Origin: an uncultured Clostridia bacterium
GTDB taxonomy: Bacteria; Bacillota; Clostridia; TANB77; CAG-508
Reading direction: 5' to 3'
Length of the DNA: 64,000 nucleotides
Assembly: GCA_934130285.1 (NCBI GenBank)
Contig: CAKOXT010000005.1
Coordinates: 52,973-116,972, forward strand
The position numbers and the translations under genes were made by a program. Shown one piece after another: positions 47,198 to 56,854 of this stretch. Below the pieces are notes generated by a model. It was not told the origin of the DNA and made no database searches. It was given only the letters and a program-made list of their open reading frames with translations. Every line of letters starts with the position of its first letter. The stretch's first letter is position 1.

Positions 47198-47500
47198 ATG
47201 ATTTATAAGTCTGATATTAGTAGTCTAAAAAAGAATATGGAGGATCAAATTGGTCATAAAATAATAGTTAAAGAGTCACCAGGAAAAAGAAGCAAACCAT
47301 TAGAAAAAGCAGCTATTATAGAACAAGTTTATCCAACTTACTTTAGAGTAAAATTTGAAGAAAACGAAAGAAGAAGTTCTTACAATTATACAGATATTTT
47401 TACAAAATCTGTGGAAGTTCAAATATATGATGGAGAGCAATTTAAAGCTTTAGAACCACCAGCAATTATTTCTAAGAAAAATAGAGAAGAGTTTGCATAA
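47198..47500 (+). CDS. veg: Veg protein
   Basis: ..GHKIIVKESPGKRSK..EKAAIIEQVYPTYFRVKF...SYNYTDIFT..VEV is Veg-like. yabG-veg adjacency as in Bacillus. Confidence 0.8.
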   Translation: MIYKSDISSLKKNMEDQIGHKIIVKESPGKRSKPLEKAAIIEQVYPTYFRVKFEENERRSSYNYTDIFTKSVEVQIYDGEQFKALEPPAIISKKNREEFA

Positions 47501-47572
47501 AAAATTCCTTGAAAAAGGAATTTTTTTTTGACCTTTAAATATATATTAATAATAAGAAAAAGGAGGTCAAAT

Positions 47573-49057
47573 ATGGATTTACAAATTCAAAAGGAAAAGA
47601 TAAATATTAAGAAAAAAATAGGTGAAAAAAATAAAAGAATAGTAATAGAAAAAGATGTAATATTACCAGATAGTAAACCAGATATAATAAAAATTCAAAA
47701 TGAGAGCAGTAATGCATATATAACGAAAAAAGAAAATATGGAAAACAAAATTAAAATTGATGGTGGAGTAGCAACTAGAATTTCATATTTAACTGGGGAA
47801 GGAAAATGTAGAGTATTAAAAATTGAAGAGAGCTTTAGTGAAGTATTAGAAATACAAGGCGTAACAGAAGAAACATATATAAATGATTCATTAAATATAA
47901 GGAACACAAATGTTACAATACTAAATGAAAGAAAAATACATTATAAAGTTGAAATAGATTGTATGGTAAAAGCATCTAAGAAGGAAGAAGTGGAATATAT
48001 ATATGAAATAAATAAATCACATAATTTACAAACATTAACACAAAAAAGAAGAATTGATACTTTTGTTGGTCATGGCGAATCCAAATTAAGTGTAAAAGAA
48101 AAAATGGAGATAGAAAATCTTCAAGAAAGCATAGAAGTAGTACAAATGACACATAGAATAGTAAATATAGAAAAAAAGATAAGTTATAACAAGGTATTAA
48201 TAAAAGCCGATTGTGAAATGAAATGTTTATATCAAACAGAGAATGGACATATATATGTAGCTAAGAAAGATGTTCCTTTAATGGGATTTTTAGACATAGA
48301 AAATGTAGAAGAGAGCAATTATGTGAATACTGAGTTTAATTTAAAAAACATAAATATAACAGAAAATGAAAACGACATAAAGCCAGGAATAGATATTGAA
48401 ATGGAAATAAACATGATAGGAGATGTGTATGACAGTAAAGATATTAATATGATAAATGACTTATATGATTTAAATTATAAAACAGAATATAGCAAGCAGA
48501 AGGTAATGATAGAAAATTCTAGTACAGTTCCATTACAAACAGCAACTATTAACCCAAAGACAGTAGTTCAAGATATAAATCAAGTATATAATGCTGAATA
48601 TCAAATAATAAATACTAGAACAAATGGAAGAGAATTAGAATTAGAAATTCAAGCCACATATTTATATAGTTCGTTTGAAAATCAAACAATAAACAGAAAG
48701 AATGAAACATTTTCACAAACTATACAATTAGAAAAAAATCTCACAGAAGTATCTGCAAGAATAATGCAAAATAGTACCAATGTATTACCAGACTCAAGTA
48801 TTAATACCGAATTAAGTATTAATATATATAATCAATCATCAAGCCAAATGGAAATCATAAATGAAATAAAAATAAATGATGAAGAAAATGATGAAGGTTA
48901 TAGTATGATAATTTACTTTGTGAAACCAGGAGATTCATTGTGGAAAATTGCTAAGAGGTTTAAAAGTACAATAAAAGAAATTTCAAATTTAAACGAAATC
49001 GCTAATGAAGATAAAATTAATGTAGGTGATAAATTATATATTCCAAGAGCAATATAA
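47573..49057 (+). CDS. DUF3794 (SPOCS)-repeat protein with a C-terminal LysM domain (spore-coat/cortex associated?)
   Basis: The ATG at 47573 follows AGGAGG. Repeated beta-rich modules. C-terminal LysM YFVKPGDSLWKIAKRF...GDKLYIP. Confidence 0.55.
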   Translation: MDLQIQKEKINIKKKIGEKNKRIVIEKDVILPDSKPDIIKIQNESSNAYITKKENMENKIKIDGGVATRISYLTGEGKCRVLKIEESFSEVLEIQGVTEETYINDSLNIRNTNVTILNERKIHYKVEIDCMVKASKKEEVEYIYEINKSHNLQTLTQKRRIDTFVGHGESKLSVKEKMEIENLQESIEVVQMTHRIVNIEKKISYNKVLIKADCEMKCLYQTENGHIYVAKKDVPLMGFLDIENVEESNYVNTEFNLKNINITENENDIKPGIDIEMEINMIGDVYDSKDINMINDLYDLNYKTEYSKQKVMIENSSTVPLQTATINPKTVVQDINQVYNAEYQIINTRTNGRELELEIQATYLYSSFENQTINRKNETFSQTIQLEKNLTEVSARIMQNSTNVLPDSSINTELSINIYNQSSSQMEIINEIKINDEENDEGYSMIIYFVKPGDSLWKIAKRFKSTIKEISNLNEIANEDKINVGDKLYIPRAI

Positions 49058-49058
49058 A

Positions 49059-49733
49059 ATGGAAAAAATATATTCAAGACCAAAAATAAAATTTCCAAAG
49101 AGAAAATATAGAATTATCATAGTACTTATAATATTGGCAACAATGATTGTACTATTATTAAATAAAGTAATATATCCATTGTTTTCTAAAAAATGCATAT
49201 ATAAAGCTAAAGTAATTGTTACACAGGTTAGTAATGAAGAGACAGAAAATATAATGAAAAATTATACTTATAAAGATTTAGTGCATATCGAAGAAGATTC
49301 AGACGGAAATGTTACATTCTTAGAATCAAATGTTGTATTAATTAATCAAATAAAAGCAAATATAGTAACAAACATTCAAAAAAGATTTGCAGAAAGCAAA
49401 GATACAAATATAGAGATAAGAGCAGGTGCATTAACAGGAAGCAGATTAATATCGAATATGGGACCAAAAATAAAAATAAAAGTAGTACCATCAGGAACAA
49501 TTTCAAGTACACTAGAAACTGAATTTTATTCAGTAGGAGTAAATCAATCATTACATAGAATATTTTTATCTATAAATTGCACAGTAAGTATATTATCTCC
49601 ATTTGAAACAGTTTCACAAAGCATAGAAAGTAAGATATTATTATCAGAGTCAGTAATTGTAGGGAATACACCTGAAAATTATTACAAAATAGACAACATG
49701 ACGCCAAGTGATCAATTAAACCTTTTACCATAA
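49059..49733 (+). CDS. yunB: Sporulation protein YunB
   Basis: N-terminal TM segment followed by a YunB-like region (..VTQVSNEE.., ..DGNVTFLESN..IK.NI...IQ..). Confidence 0.55.
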   Translation: MEKIYSRPKIKFPKRKYRIIIVLIILATMIVLLLNKVIYPLFSKKCIYKAKVIVTQVSNEETENIMKNYTYKDLVHIEEDSDGNVTFLESNVVLINQIKANIVTNIQKRFAESKDTNIEIRAGALTGSRLISNMGPKIKIKVVPSGTISSTLETEFYSVGVNQSLHRIFLSINCTVSILSPFETVSQSIESKILLSESVIVGNTPENYYKIDNMTPSDQLNLLP

Positions 49734-49833
49734 AAAAGAGGAGCGCAACACTATGTAATTGTCAAGGAATATATAAATTTTAATTGAAAATACCAGTATG
49801 AATAAACAAAAAATAAAAAAATCCTAGAAACTG

Positions 49834-49862
49834 TTGACTTTTTGAAATATCTGTATTAAAAT
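49834..49862 (+). promoter_or_regulatory. Sigma-A promoter of rplM-rpsI (about 100-nt leader, possible L13 leader)
   Basis: TTGACT, 17-nt spacer, TAAAAT. Confidence 0.45.
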
Positions 49863-49967
49863 ATTAACGCATTGTATGTAATATGAATTTATTAAATACT
49901 TCTCCCCGGTGGTATTGTAATAAATTTTATATAAAATATAAAAATTGAATGGAGGGTAATTATTACC

Positions 49968-50405
49968 ATGAATAATACAACATATAGCGCAAAGAAAAGT
50001 GAAATTGAAAGCAAATGGTATATTATTGATGCTCAAGGAAAATCATTAGGTAGAGTTGCAACAGAAGCAGCAAAATTATTAAGAGGAAAACACAAACCAA
50101 CATACACACCAACAATAGATACAGGTGATCACGTAATCGTTATAAACTGTAAAGATGCAGTTTTAACAGGAAAGAAATTAGATCAAAAAATGTACAGACA
50201 TCATTCAGGATACATTGGAGGAATGAAAGAAACATCAGCAAGAGTTATGATGGAAAATACTCCAGAAAAAGCAATGATGCTTGCTATAAAAGGAATGCTT
50301 CCACATACAAAATTAGGAAGACAAATGATCAAAAAATTAAGAGTATATGCTGGTAGCGAACACGAAAATGTAGCACAAAAACCAGAAGTATGGGAGGTTA
50401 AATAA
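49968..50405 (+). CDS. rplM: 50S ribosomal protein L13
   Basis: 145 aa, canonical L13 sequence (..KWYIIDA.G..LGR.A...A..LRGKHKP.YTP..D.GD.VIV.N). Confidence 0.95.
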   Translation: MNNTTYSAKKSEIESKWYIIDAQGKSLGRVATEAAKLLRGKHKPTYTPTIDTGDHVIVINCKDAVLTGKKLDQKMYRHHSGYIGGMKETSARVMMENTPEKAMMLAIKGMLPHTKLGRQMIKKLRVYAGSEHENVAQKPEVWEVK

Positions 50406-50809
50406 TGGCTAAGAAATCTGAAAAAATAGTTTTCTGCGGAACAGGTAGAAGAAAAAAATCAATCGCTAGAGTTAGATTAGTAGAAGGAAAAGGCGATATA
50501 ACAGTTAACGGAAAAAAATTAGATGAATATTTCGGAACAGAAATATTAAAAGTTATAGTAAATCAACCATTAACAGTTACAAACACAACTGGAAAATATG
50601 ATGTTATTTGTAAAGTTGAAGGTGGAGGATATACAGGTCAAGCCGGAGCTATCAGACATGGTATTTCAAGAGCTTTATTAGAAGCAAACGGAGAATACAG
50701 AGCTGCATTAAAATCAAACGGATTCTTAACAAGAGATCCACGTATGAAAGAAAGAAGAAAATACGGATTGAAAAAAGCAAGAAAAGCTCCACAATTCTCA
50801 AAGAGATAA
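50405..50809 (+). CDS. rpsI: 30S ribosomal protein S9
   Basis: 134 aa ending ..[17 protein letters not shown]. Overlaps the rplM stop. Confidence 0.95.
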   Translation: MAKKSEKIVFCGTGRRKKSIARVRLVEGKGDITVNGKKLDEYFGTEILKVIVNQPLTVTNTTGKYDVICKVEGGGYTGQAGAIRHGISRALLEANGEYRAALKSNGFLTRDPRMKERRKYGLKKARKAPQFSKR

Positions 50810-50826
50810 TTTTATATTTCAAAATC

Positions 50827-50856
50827 AAACCTCGGTAAAAAATTACCGAGGTTTTT
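50827..50856 (+). terminator. Intrinsic terminator of rplM-rpsI
   Basis: AAACCTCGGTAA, loop, TTACCGAGGTTT, then TT. Confidence 0.75.
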
Positions 50857-50886
50857 GTTAACTTTAATGATAAGCCATCAGCCATG

Positions 50887-50940
50887 TGAAGTGGTAAGAT
50901 AAAATCAGACTTTTGTGTCTACTTTTACCCTACCACTTCA
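50887..50940. repeat. 54-nt conserved imperfect hairpin, copy 2 (TGAAGTGG-N38-CCACTTCA)
   Basis: Same termini, same interior length and same 3' flank as 32921-32974. 10-bp outer stem plus inner stems. Confidence 0.5.
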
Positions 50941-50974
50941 TTATATTTTGGATAGCTATTTATATATACGTGAA

Positions 50975-51004
50975 AGTCCCTGTGAAAATGCTCTCACAGG
51001 GACT
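50975..51004 (-). terminator. GC-rich hairpin downstream of the minus-strand ORF
   Basis: AGTCCCTGTGA, 8-nt loop, TCACAGGGACT. The T-run is weak. Confidence 0.4.
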
Positions 51005-51032
51005 TATTGTACTTACTAAAAATTTAATCTTA

Positions 51033-51662
51033 TCAGTTTCCTAATTGATGCTTTTCTGCATATTCAAAAGCATTATACTCTCGATCAGCCTTTTTTAGAA
51101 TCGCAGAAGCAGTTAAATAACCGCTTAATGCAGCTACAATAACAACAAAAATTGCTACCAGAATAACATAAGTATCTGCTTTCTTTTTGCCTTTTCCGCC
51201 AAAAAGAGCTGAAGCAAGTCTACCAATTGCACTAGGCATTTCTCTAGCAGCAGTTACAGTATTTTTAAACTGCGCATAAGTATTCCATCCAGCAACAATT
51301 GCATTAGGAACTGTTTTTCTTTCCCAAAAGTTTGCAACAGACTGGAACCAGATTAAAAATCCAGTAGGTATAACAGCCATACCAACTAATACATATAAAG
51401 CATCAGAAGCAAGCTGCTGAATAGCCATTATCGTTTCAGGAGAAGTGTCCCTTACTAATGGCAGAATGTAAGGTAACGCCATTAACAGAATATAGCCATA
51501 TACCATTGTGAATCCTGCAATTGACATGATATAGCCAATCCATACATACAGCCAGAAGAAACCTCCAAGCTCTTTGGATTCACTCCAGTACCGACCAACG
51601 CTCTTAGCGTTGCCCCAGGAAATGAGAAAGTTGACGAGTAACAGGAAGATGCTAGCTAACAT
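51033..51662 (-). CDS. Hypothetical integral membrane protein (209 aa)
   Basis: The ATG at 51662 is preceded by GGAGG and a 7-nt spacer. About 5 TM segments with Trp/Tyr-rich loops. A sample at 51241-51300 is 37% GC by hand count. Confidence 0.6.
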   Translation of the reverse strand: MLASIFLLLVNFLISWGNAKSVGRYWSESKELGGFFWLYVWIGYIMSIAGFTMVYGYILLMALPYILPLVRDTSPETIMAIQQLASDALYVLVGMAVIPTGFLIWFQSVANFWERKTVPNAIVAGWNTYAQFKNTVTAAREMPSAIGRLASALFGGKGKKKADTYVILVAIFVVIVAALSGYLTASAILKKADREYNAFEYAEKHQLGN

Positions 51663-51747
51663 ATCTCTACCTCCATTAAATAAAATGATTTGCATGCATA
51701 ATGTTAACATAAAATCAATGAAAAATCAAGAAAATTTAATAAAAACC

Positions 51748-51776
51748 TTGACACTACACTAAAAAGGTGTTATTAT
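51748..51776 (+). promoter_or_regulatory. Sigma-A promoter of the infC-rpmI-rplT operon
   Basis: TTGACA, 17-nt spacer, TGtTATTAT (extended -10). Confidence 0.5.
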
Positions 51777-51883
51777 AAGTACGTTCAAAAGCAGAAGTCA
51801 ATTCTCACCTTAGCTAATTAAGGCAAAAGGTTAAAAAATACATATTATAAATATCAATAATAATATATATTTTTGTGCGGATT

Positions 51884-51911
51884 GACTTGTTTGAAAACAA
51901 GTCATTTTTTT
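51884..51911 (+). terminator. Leader terminator/attenuator (L20-leader-like position)
   Basis: GACTTGTT, TGAA loop, AACAAGTC, then ATTTTTTT. It lies about 100 nt after the predicted TSS and 38 nt before the infC start. Confidence 0.45.
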
Positions 51912-51948
51912 ATGAAATGAGAAATCAAAAAATCGGAGGTGTTTTACT

Positions 51949-52455
51949 ATAAAACAAGAATTACCTATTAATAGGCAAATAAGATTTAGCTTTGTTAATG
52001 TAATTAGCGAAACTGGAGAAAAATTAGGAAAGCTAAGTTTAGAAGAAGCTATTGATGTAGCAGAAAGCAAAGATTTAGATTTAGTGTTAGTTTCACCAAA
52101 TCCAGAAATGCCAGTTGCAAAAATTATGAACTATGGAAAATATAAGTTCGAACAAGCTAAGAAAGAAAAAGAATCTAGAAAAAACCAAAAAGCAGTTGAA
52201 ACAAAAGAAATCAGAGTAACTCCAAATATTGGAGACCATGACTTTTCTTTTAAATGTAAAAATGCAAGAGGATTTTTAGAGTCTGGAAACAAGGTAAAAT
52301 TCACAGTACGATTTAGAGGTAGAGAACTTAACAATGTTAAGATAGGTGAAGATGTTCTTAATAAATTTGCCGAAGAATTATCTGATATAGCTAACATTGA
52401 AAAAAGACCTCATTTAGAAGGTAAAAGTATGTTTTTAATACTAGCTAAGAAATAG
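51949..52455 (+). CDS. infC: Translation initiation factor IF-3 with a non-AUG (ATA) start
   Basis: The frame is open upstream of the track ORF. (M)IKQELPINRQIRFSFVNVISETGEKLG.. is a canonical IF-3 N-terminus that begins at ATA 51949, 10 nt after GGAGG. No in-frame ATG/GTG/TTG is available there. Confidence 0.8.
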   Translation: MKQELPINRQIRFSFVNVISETGEKLGKLSLEEAIDVAESKDLDLVLVSPNPEMPVAKIMNYGKYKFEQAKKEKESRKNQKAVETKEIRVTPNIGDHDFSFKCKNARGFLESGNKVKFTVRFRGRELNNVKIGEDVLNKFAEELSDIANIEKRPHLEGKSMFLILAKK

Positions 52456-52470
52456 AAAGGAGAATTTATT

Positions 52471-52674
52471 ATGCCAAAATTAAAAACAAATAAAGCAGCA
52501 GCTAAAAGATATGGATTTACAGCTACAGGAAAAGTAAAAAGAACAAAAGCTAATAGAAGACACTTATTAGCAAACAAAACAAAGAGAACAAAACACACAG
52601 CAAGAGTACAAGACGGAATAATGGATAAAACATGCGTATCACATGTAAAAAAATTATTACCATATGGTGACTAA
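52471..52674 (+). CDS. rpmI: 50S ribosomal protein L35
   Basis: [13 protein letters not shown].. 67 aa. Confidence 0.95.
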   Translation: MPKLKTNKAAAKRYGFTATGKVKRTKANRRHLLANKTKRTKHTARVQDGIMDKTCVSHVKKLLPYGD

Positions 52675-52707
52675 TTAAAAGATTTGAGAAAAAGGAGTGA
52701 AAAATAA

Positions 52708-53058
52708 ATGGCAAGAGTAAAAACAGCAAGAACTACAAGAGCTAGACATAAAAAAGTTTTAAAAAGAGCAAAAGGATATTATGGAGCAAAACATTATAGA
52801 TTTAGAATGGCAAACCAAGCTGTTATGAAATCTGGAATGTATGCATATATTGGAAGAAAAGACAAAAAGAGTAATTTTAGAAAATTATGGATAATCAGAA
52901 TTAATGCTGCAGCTAGAATGAACGGATTAACATATAGCCAATTAATTTCTGGATTAAAGAAAGCTAATGTAGCTATAAACAGAAAAATGTTAGCTGAAAT
53001 AGCTGTATCAGACAGCAAAGCTTTCGCTGAAATAGCTGAAATAGCTAAAAAAGCTTAA
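52708..53058 (+). CDS. rplT: 50S ribosomal protein L20
   Basis: MARVK....R.RHKKVLK.AKGY.G... 116 aa. Confidence 0.95.
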   Translation: MARVKTARTTRARHKKVLKRAKGYYGAKHYRFRMANQAVMKSGMYAYIGRKDKKSNFRKLWIIRINAAARMNGLTYSQLISGLKKANVAINRKMLAEIAVSDSKAFAEIAEIAKKA

Positions 53059-53084
53059 TTAAAAATAAAAAGCAAATTTTAAAG

Positions 53085-53134
53085 TGCATCTCTATATGTT
53101 AGAAAGTATATCTGACATATAGAGGTGCATTTTT
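53085..53134 (+). terminator. Intrinsic terminator of the infC operon
   Basis: TGCATCTCTATATGT, loop, ACATATAGAGGTGCA, then TTTTT. Confidence 0.65.
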
Positions 53135-53317
53135 ACGTGAAATTACAAATGCTTTATATTTCTATGAAAAAAAGTAGCTAATAGAGTAATAGACAATACA
53201 TATTTTTACATGAAAATAATTGAAAAAAAACAAATGGTGTTATATAATATTAAACATCATAAAAATAGCATGAATACTTATTTCCTAAGTAAAACATGCA
53301 ATGAAGGAGGATTAAAC

Positions 53318-55759
53318 ATGGCATACAATTTTAAAGAAGTAGAACACAAGTGGCAAAAAAAATGGGAAGAAGAAGGGACTTTTAATGCAAAAAATGATTA
53401 TACATTACCAAAATGGTTTGGTTTAATTGAATTTCCATACCCTTCAGGACAAGGACTCCATGTTGGTCATCCACGTAGCTATACAGCATTAGATATAATA
53501 GCTAGAAAAAAGAGAATGCAAGGATATAATGTTTTGTATCCAATAGGTTTTGATGCATTTGGCTTGCCAGCAGAAAACTATGCTATCAAAAATCACATTC
53601 ATCCAAGAATAACAACAGAGCAAAACATAAATCACTTTAGACAACAATTGAAATCATTAGGATTTTCATTTGATTGGTCAAGAGAAATAAATACAACAGA
53701 TCCAGATTACTATAAATGGACACAATGGATTTTTATTCAATTATTTAAAAACGGATTAGCATACAAAACAACAATGCCAATAAACTTCTGTACAGGATGT
53801 AAAGTTGGATTAGCAAACGAAGAAGTTGTAAACGGTGTGTGTGAAAGATGTGGAAGTCCAGTAGTTCAAAAAGAAAAATCACAATGGATGTTAAGAATTA
53901 CAAAATATGCACAAAGATTAATTGATGATTTAGATGATTTAGATTTCTTAGATAAGATAAAAGCACAACAAATAAATTGGATAGGAAGAAGCGAAGGCGC
54001 AGAAGTAAACTTTGAAGTTGTGGCTGAAAATAAAGAAACCGAAAAAGATTATTTAAGAATATACACAACAAGACCAGATACAATATTTGGAGCTACTTAT
54101 ATGGTAATTTCACCAGAGCATCCGTTTATAAAAAAATACGAACAAGAAATTACAAACTTAGAAGAAGTAAAAGAATATCAACATCAGGCTTCATTAAAAT
54201 CTGATTTTGAAAGAGCAGAATTAAACAAAGAAAAAACAGGTGTTGAAATAAAGGGAATAAAAGCAATAAATCCATTAACAAAAGAAGAAATTCCAATATG
54301 GATTTCAGATTATGTATTAATAACTTATGGAACAGGAGCAATTATGGCTGTTCCAGCACACGATACAAGAGACTTTGAATTCGCGAAGAAATTTAATTTG
54401 CCAATTAAACCAGTAATCATGCCAAAAGACGGAAAAATAGATGAAAAAGAGATGACAGAAGCATATACAGATGTAAATGATGGAATTGCTATTAATTCAG
54501 GATTTTTAAATGGACTTGCTAGTAAAGAAGCAATCAAAAAAGCAATTGAATATATAGAAGAAAACAAATTAGGCGAAAGAAAAGTAAATTACAAATTACG
54601 TGATTGGGTATTCTCTCGTCAAAGATATTGGGGTGAACCAATTCCAATGGTATATTGTGAAGATTGCGGATGGGTTCCAGTTCCAGAAGAAGAATTGCCT
54701 TTGAAATTACCTGAAATAGAAGATTATGAGCCAGGAGAAAATGGCGAATCACCACTTGCAAAACAAACAGAATGGATAAAAACAAAATGCCCACATTGCG
54801 GAAAAGAAGCAAGAAGAGAAACAGATACAATGCCACAATGGGCAGGTTCATCATGGTACTATTTAAGATATATGGATCCACACAATGATAAAGAATTTGC
54901 ATCAAAAGAAGCATTAGAATACTGGTCACCAGTAGATTGGTATAATGGCGGAATGGAACATACAACACTTCACTTATTATATTCAAGATTCTGGCACAAA
55001 TTCTTATATGACATTGGAAAGGTTCCAACAAAAGAACCATATCAAAAACGTACATCACATGGAATGATTTTAGGTGGAAACGGCGAAAAAATGTCAAAAT
55101 CAAAAGGAAACGTAATAAATCCAGACGACATAGTAGAAGAATTTGGAGCAGATAGTTTTAGAGTATATGAAATGTTTATGGGACCATTTGATCAAACAGC
55201 ACCATGGTCAATGGAAAGCATTAGAGGATGCAGTAAGTTCTTAGACAGAGTATGGAGCTTACAAGACATATTATCTGAAGGAACAGAGTATTCAAAAGAA
55301 TATGAGTCAATGATGCATAAAGCAATAAAGAAAGTAACAAATGACATAGAAGAAATGAAATTCAATACAGCCGTAAGTACTTTCATGACAATGTTAAACG
55401 AATTCACAAAATCTAAGAAAATTAACAGAGCAGAATATAAAACTTTCTTACAATTATTAAATCCATTTGCACCACATATGACAGAAGAAATATGGAACCA
55501 GATAGGAGAAGAAAAAGAAATTTCACAAACTCCATGGCCAACATATGATGAAGCAAAAACAATAGATGATGAAATTGAAATTCCTGTACAAATTAATGGA
55601 AAGGTAAAAGCAACAGTTGTTGTACCAAAAGATGCCGATGAATCAATAGTGGAAAAAGCAATAACAGAAAATGAAGCAGTAAGCAAATTGCTAGAAGGAA
55701 AAAATATTGTTAAGAAAATATATGTAAAAGGAAAAATATACAACATAGTTGTAAAATAA
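53318..55759 (+). CDS. leuS: Leucine--tRNA ligase
   Basis: The ATG at 53318 follows GGAGG. The product starts [20 protein letters not shown] and KMSKS motifs. Confidence 0.95.
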   Translation: MAYNFKEVEHKWQKKWEEEGTFNAKNDYTLPKWFGLIEFPYPSGQGLHVGHPRSYTALDIIARKKRMQGYNVLYPIGFDAFGLPAENYAIKNHIHPRITTEQNINHFRQQLKSLGFSFDWSREINTTDPDYYKWTQWIFIQLFKNGLAYKTTMPINFCTGCKVGLANEEVVNGVCERCGSPVVQKEKSQWMLRITKYAQRLIDDLDDLDFLDKIKAQQINWIGRSEGAEVNFEVVAENKETEKDYLRIYTTRPDTIFGATYMVISPEHPFIKKYEQEITNLEEVKEYQHQASLKSDFERAELNKEKTGVEIKGIKAINPLTKEEIPIWISDYVLITYGTGAIMAVPAHDTRDFEFAKKFNLPIKPVIMPKDGKIDEKEMTEAYTDVNDGIAINSGFLNGLASKEAIKKAIEYIEENKLGERKVNYKLRDWVFSRQRYWGEPIPMVYCEDCGWVPVPEEELPLKLPEIEDYEPGENGESPLAKQTEWIKTKCPHCGKEARRETDTMPQWAGSSWYYLRYMDPHNDKEFASKEALEYWSPVDWYNGGMEHTTLHLLYSRFWHKFLYDIGKVPTKEPYQKRTSHGMILGGNGEKMSKSKGNVINPDDIVEEFGADSFRVYEMFMGPFDQTAPWSMESIRGCSKFLDRVWSLQDILSEGTEYSKEYESMMHKAIKKVTNDIEEMKFNTAVSTFMTMLNEFTKSKKINRAEYKTFLQLLNPFAPHMTEEIWNQIGEEKEISQTPWPTYDEAKTIDDEIEIPVQINGKVKATVVVPKDADESIVEKAITENEAVSKLLEGKNIVKKIYVKGKIYNIVVK

Positions 55760-55802
55760 AAAGTATATAGAGAAGAAAAAATATATTATCTAATAAAGAA
55801 AA

Positions 55803-55840
55803 ATGTCGAAAGGTTTCAGAAAACCTCTCGACATTTTTTT
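55803..55840. terminator. Bidirectional terminator
   Basis: ATGTCGAAAGGTTT, loop, AAACCTCTCGACAT, then TTTTTT, between convergent leuS and the GNAT gene. Confidence 0.65.
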
Positions 55841-55847
55841 GCACGTA

Positions 55848-56363
55848 CTAACGATAGATGTGGTATACCTGAAAAAATGTTGATCCTTTTCTAGGAATAT
55901 TGGCAGTAAAATCCTGAGAATCAGAATGAGACGCACCAAGCTTTTCTAAAAGAGAAAGTGAAGCAACATTATCAGGTTCAACATCAAACCGGAAGGCATT
56001 AAATCCTTTTAACTTACAAAAATTGATATAATTGTTAAGTGCTTCTAGCATATAATTATTCCGGCGATAAGAGCTGAATATGAAAAATTCAACTAATAAT
56101 TCACCAGAAACAAACACATTGCCATTGATGTAACCAATCAACATATTAGTTGACTTTGAAAATATACCAATAGGAATGCATTCAGTACGATGAAGCGTTT
56201 CTAAAAAATCCAAAACATCCATGGTTGATTTGCCAAAATCAAAGAAATGCTGTATTTCTTTATCAGCGACAACCTTTTCTGCAAAAGCAGAAAAATCTTT
56301 ACGTGCTAAAGGCCGACATTTCAGCCTAAGGGTATCGTAGTCTAAAGTAATCATAGATACCAC
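55848..56363 (-). CDS. GNAT-family N-acetyltransferase (RimJ/RimL-like)
   Basis: 171 aa with a GNAT-like core (..IGYINGNVF.., ..FRFDVEPDNVASLSLLEKLG..). A sample at 55921-55980 is 38% GC by hand count. Confidence 0.65.
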   Translation of the reverse strand: MVSMITLDYDTLRLKCRPLARKDFSAFAEKVVADKEIQHFFDFGKSTMDVLDFLETLHRTECIPIGIFSKSTNMLIGYINGNVFVSGELLVEFFIFSSYRRNNYMLEALNNYINFCKLKGFNAFRFDVEPDNVASLSLLEKLGASHSDSQDFTANIPRKGSTFFQVYHIYR

Positions 56364-56447
56364 CTCCTATATTTTTTATGCTAAACATTATAGCATAAAA
56401 TTTACATAATGTAAATTACATTAATATAAAAGTAATATCACAAGATT

Positions 56448-56837
56448 CTACTGTTTTTTCATTTTTGGTTTAGAAACAAGAGCTGAAAGGTATCCAAAGA
56501 AAATAGCAGCAGTAATTCCACCTGCAGCAGCTTTTATACCACCTGTGAATACACCAAGGAAACCAGATTGATGAACTTCTTGGATAACTCCTTTTGAAAG
56601 ATTATATCCAAATCCAGTAAGCGGAACTGTAGCACCACATCCAGCAAAATCAACAAGATATTTATAAATTCCAAGTCCACCTAAAATAGCTCCAACAGTG
56701 ACATAAAGAACAAGAATTTTAGCTGGCGTAAGTTTTGTTTTATCAATCAAAATTTGAGCGATAATACATAAAATGCCTCCAACAACAAAAGCTTTTAAAA
56801 GCATCATATAATCTAGATTGTTAATAAATTCTCCCAT
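56448..56837 (-). CDS. spoVAE: Stage V sporulation protein AE (SpoVAEB-type)
   Basis: 129-aa membrane protein ..AFVVGGILCIIAQILID...GFGYNL.KG.. Last gene of a spoVAC-AD-AE set. Confidence 0.8.
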   Translation of the reverse strand: MGEFINNLDYMMLLKAFVVGGILCIIAQILIDKTKLTPAKILVLYVTVGAILGGLGIYKYLVDFAGCGATVPLTGFGYNLSKGVIQEVHQSGFLGVFTGGIKAAAGGITAAIFFGYLSALVSKPKMKKQ

Positions 56838-56854
56838 ACGACTCCTTTCAAATA

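Noticed and set aside
51574-51762. 62-aa plus-strand ORF
   Set aside because: It overlaps the start of the minus-strand membrane-protein gene and the infC promoter, and has no RBS.
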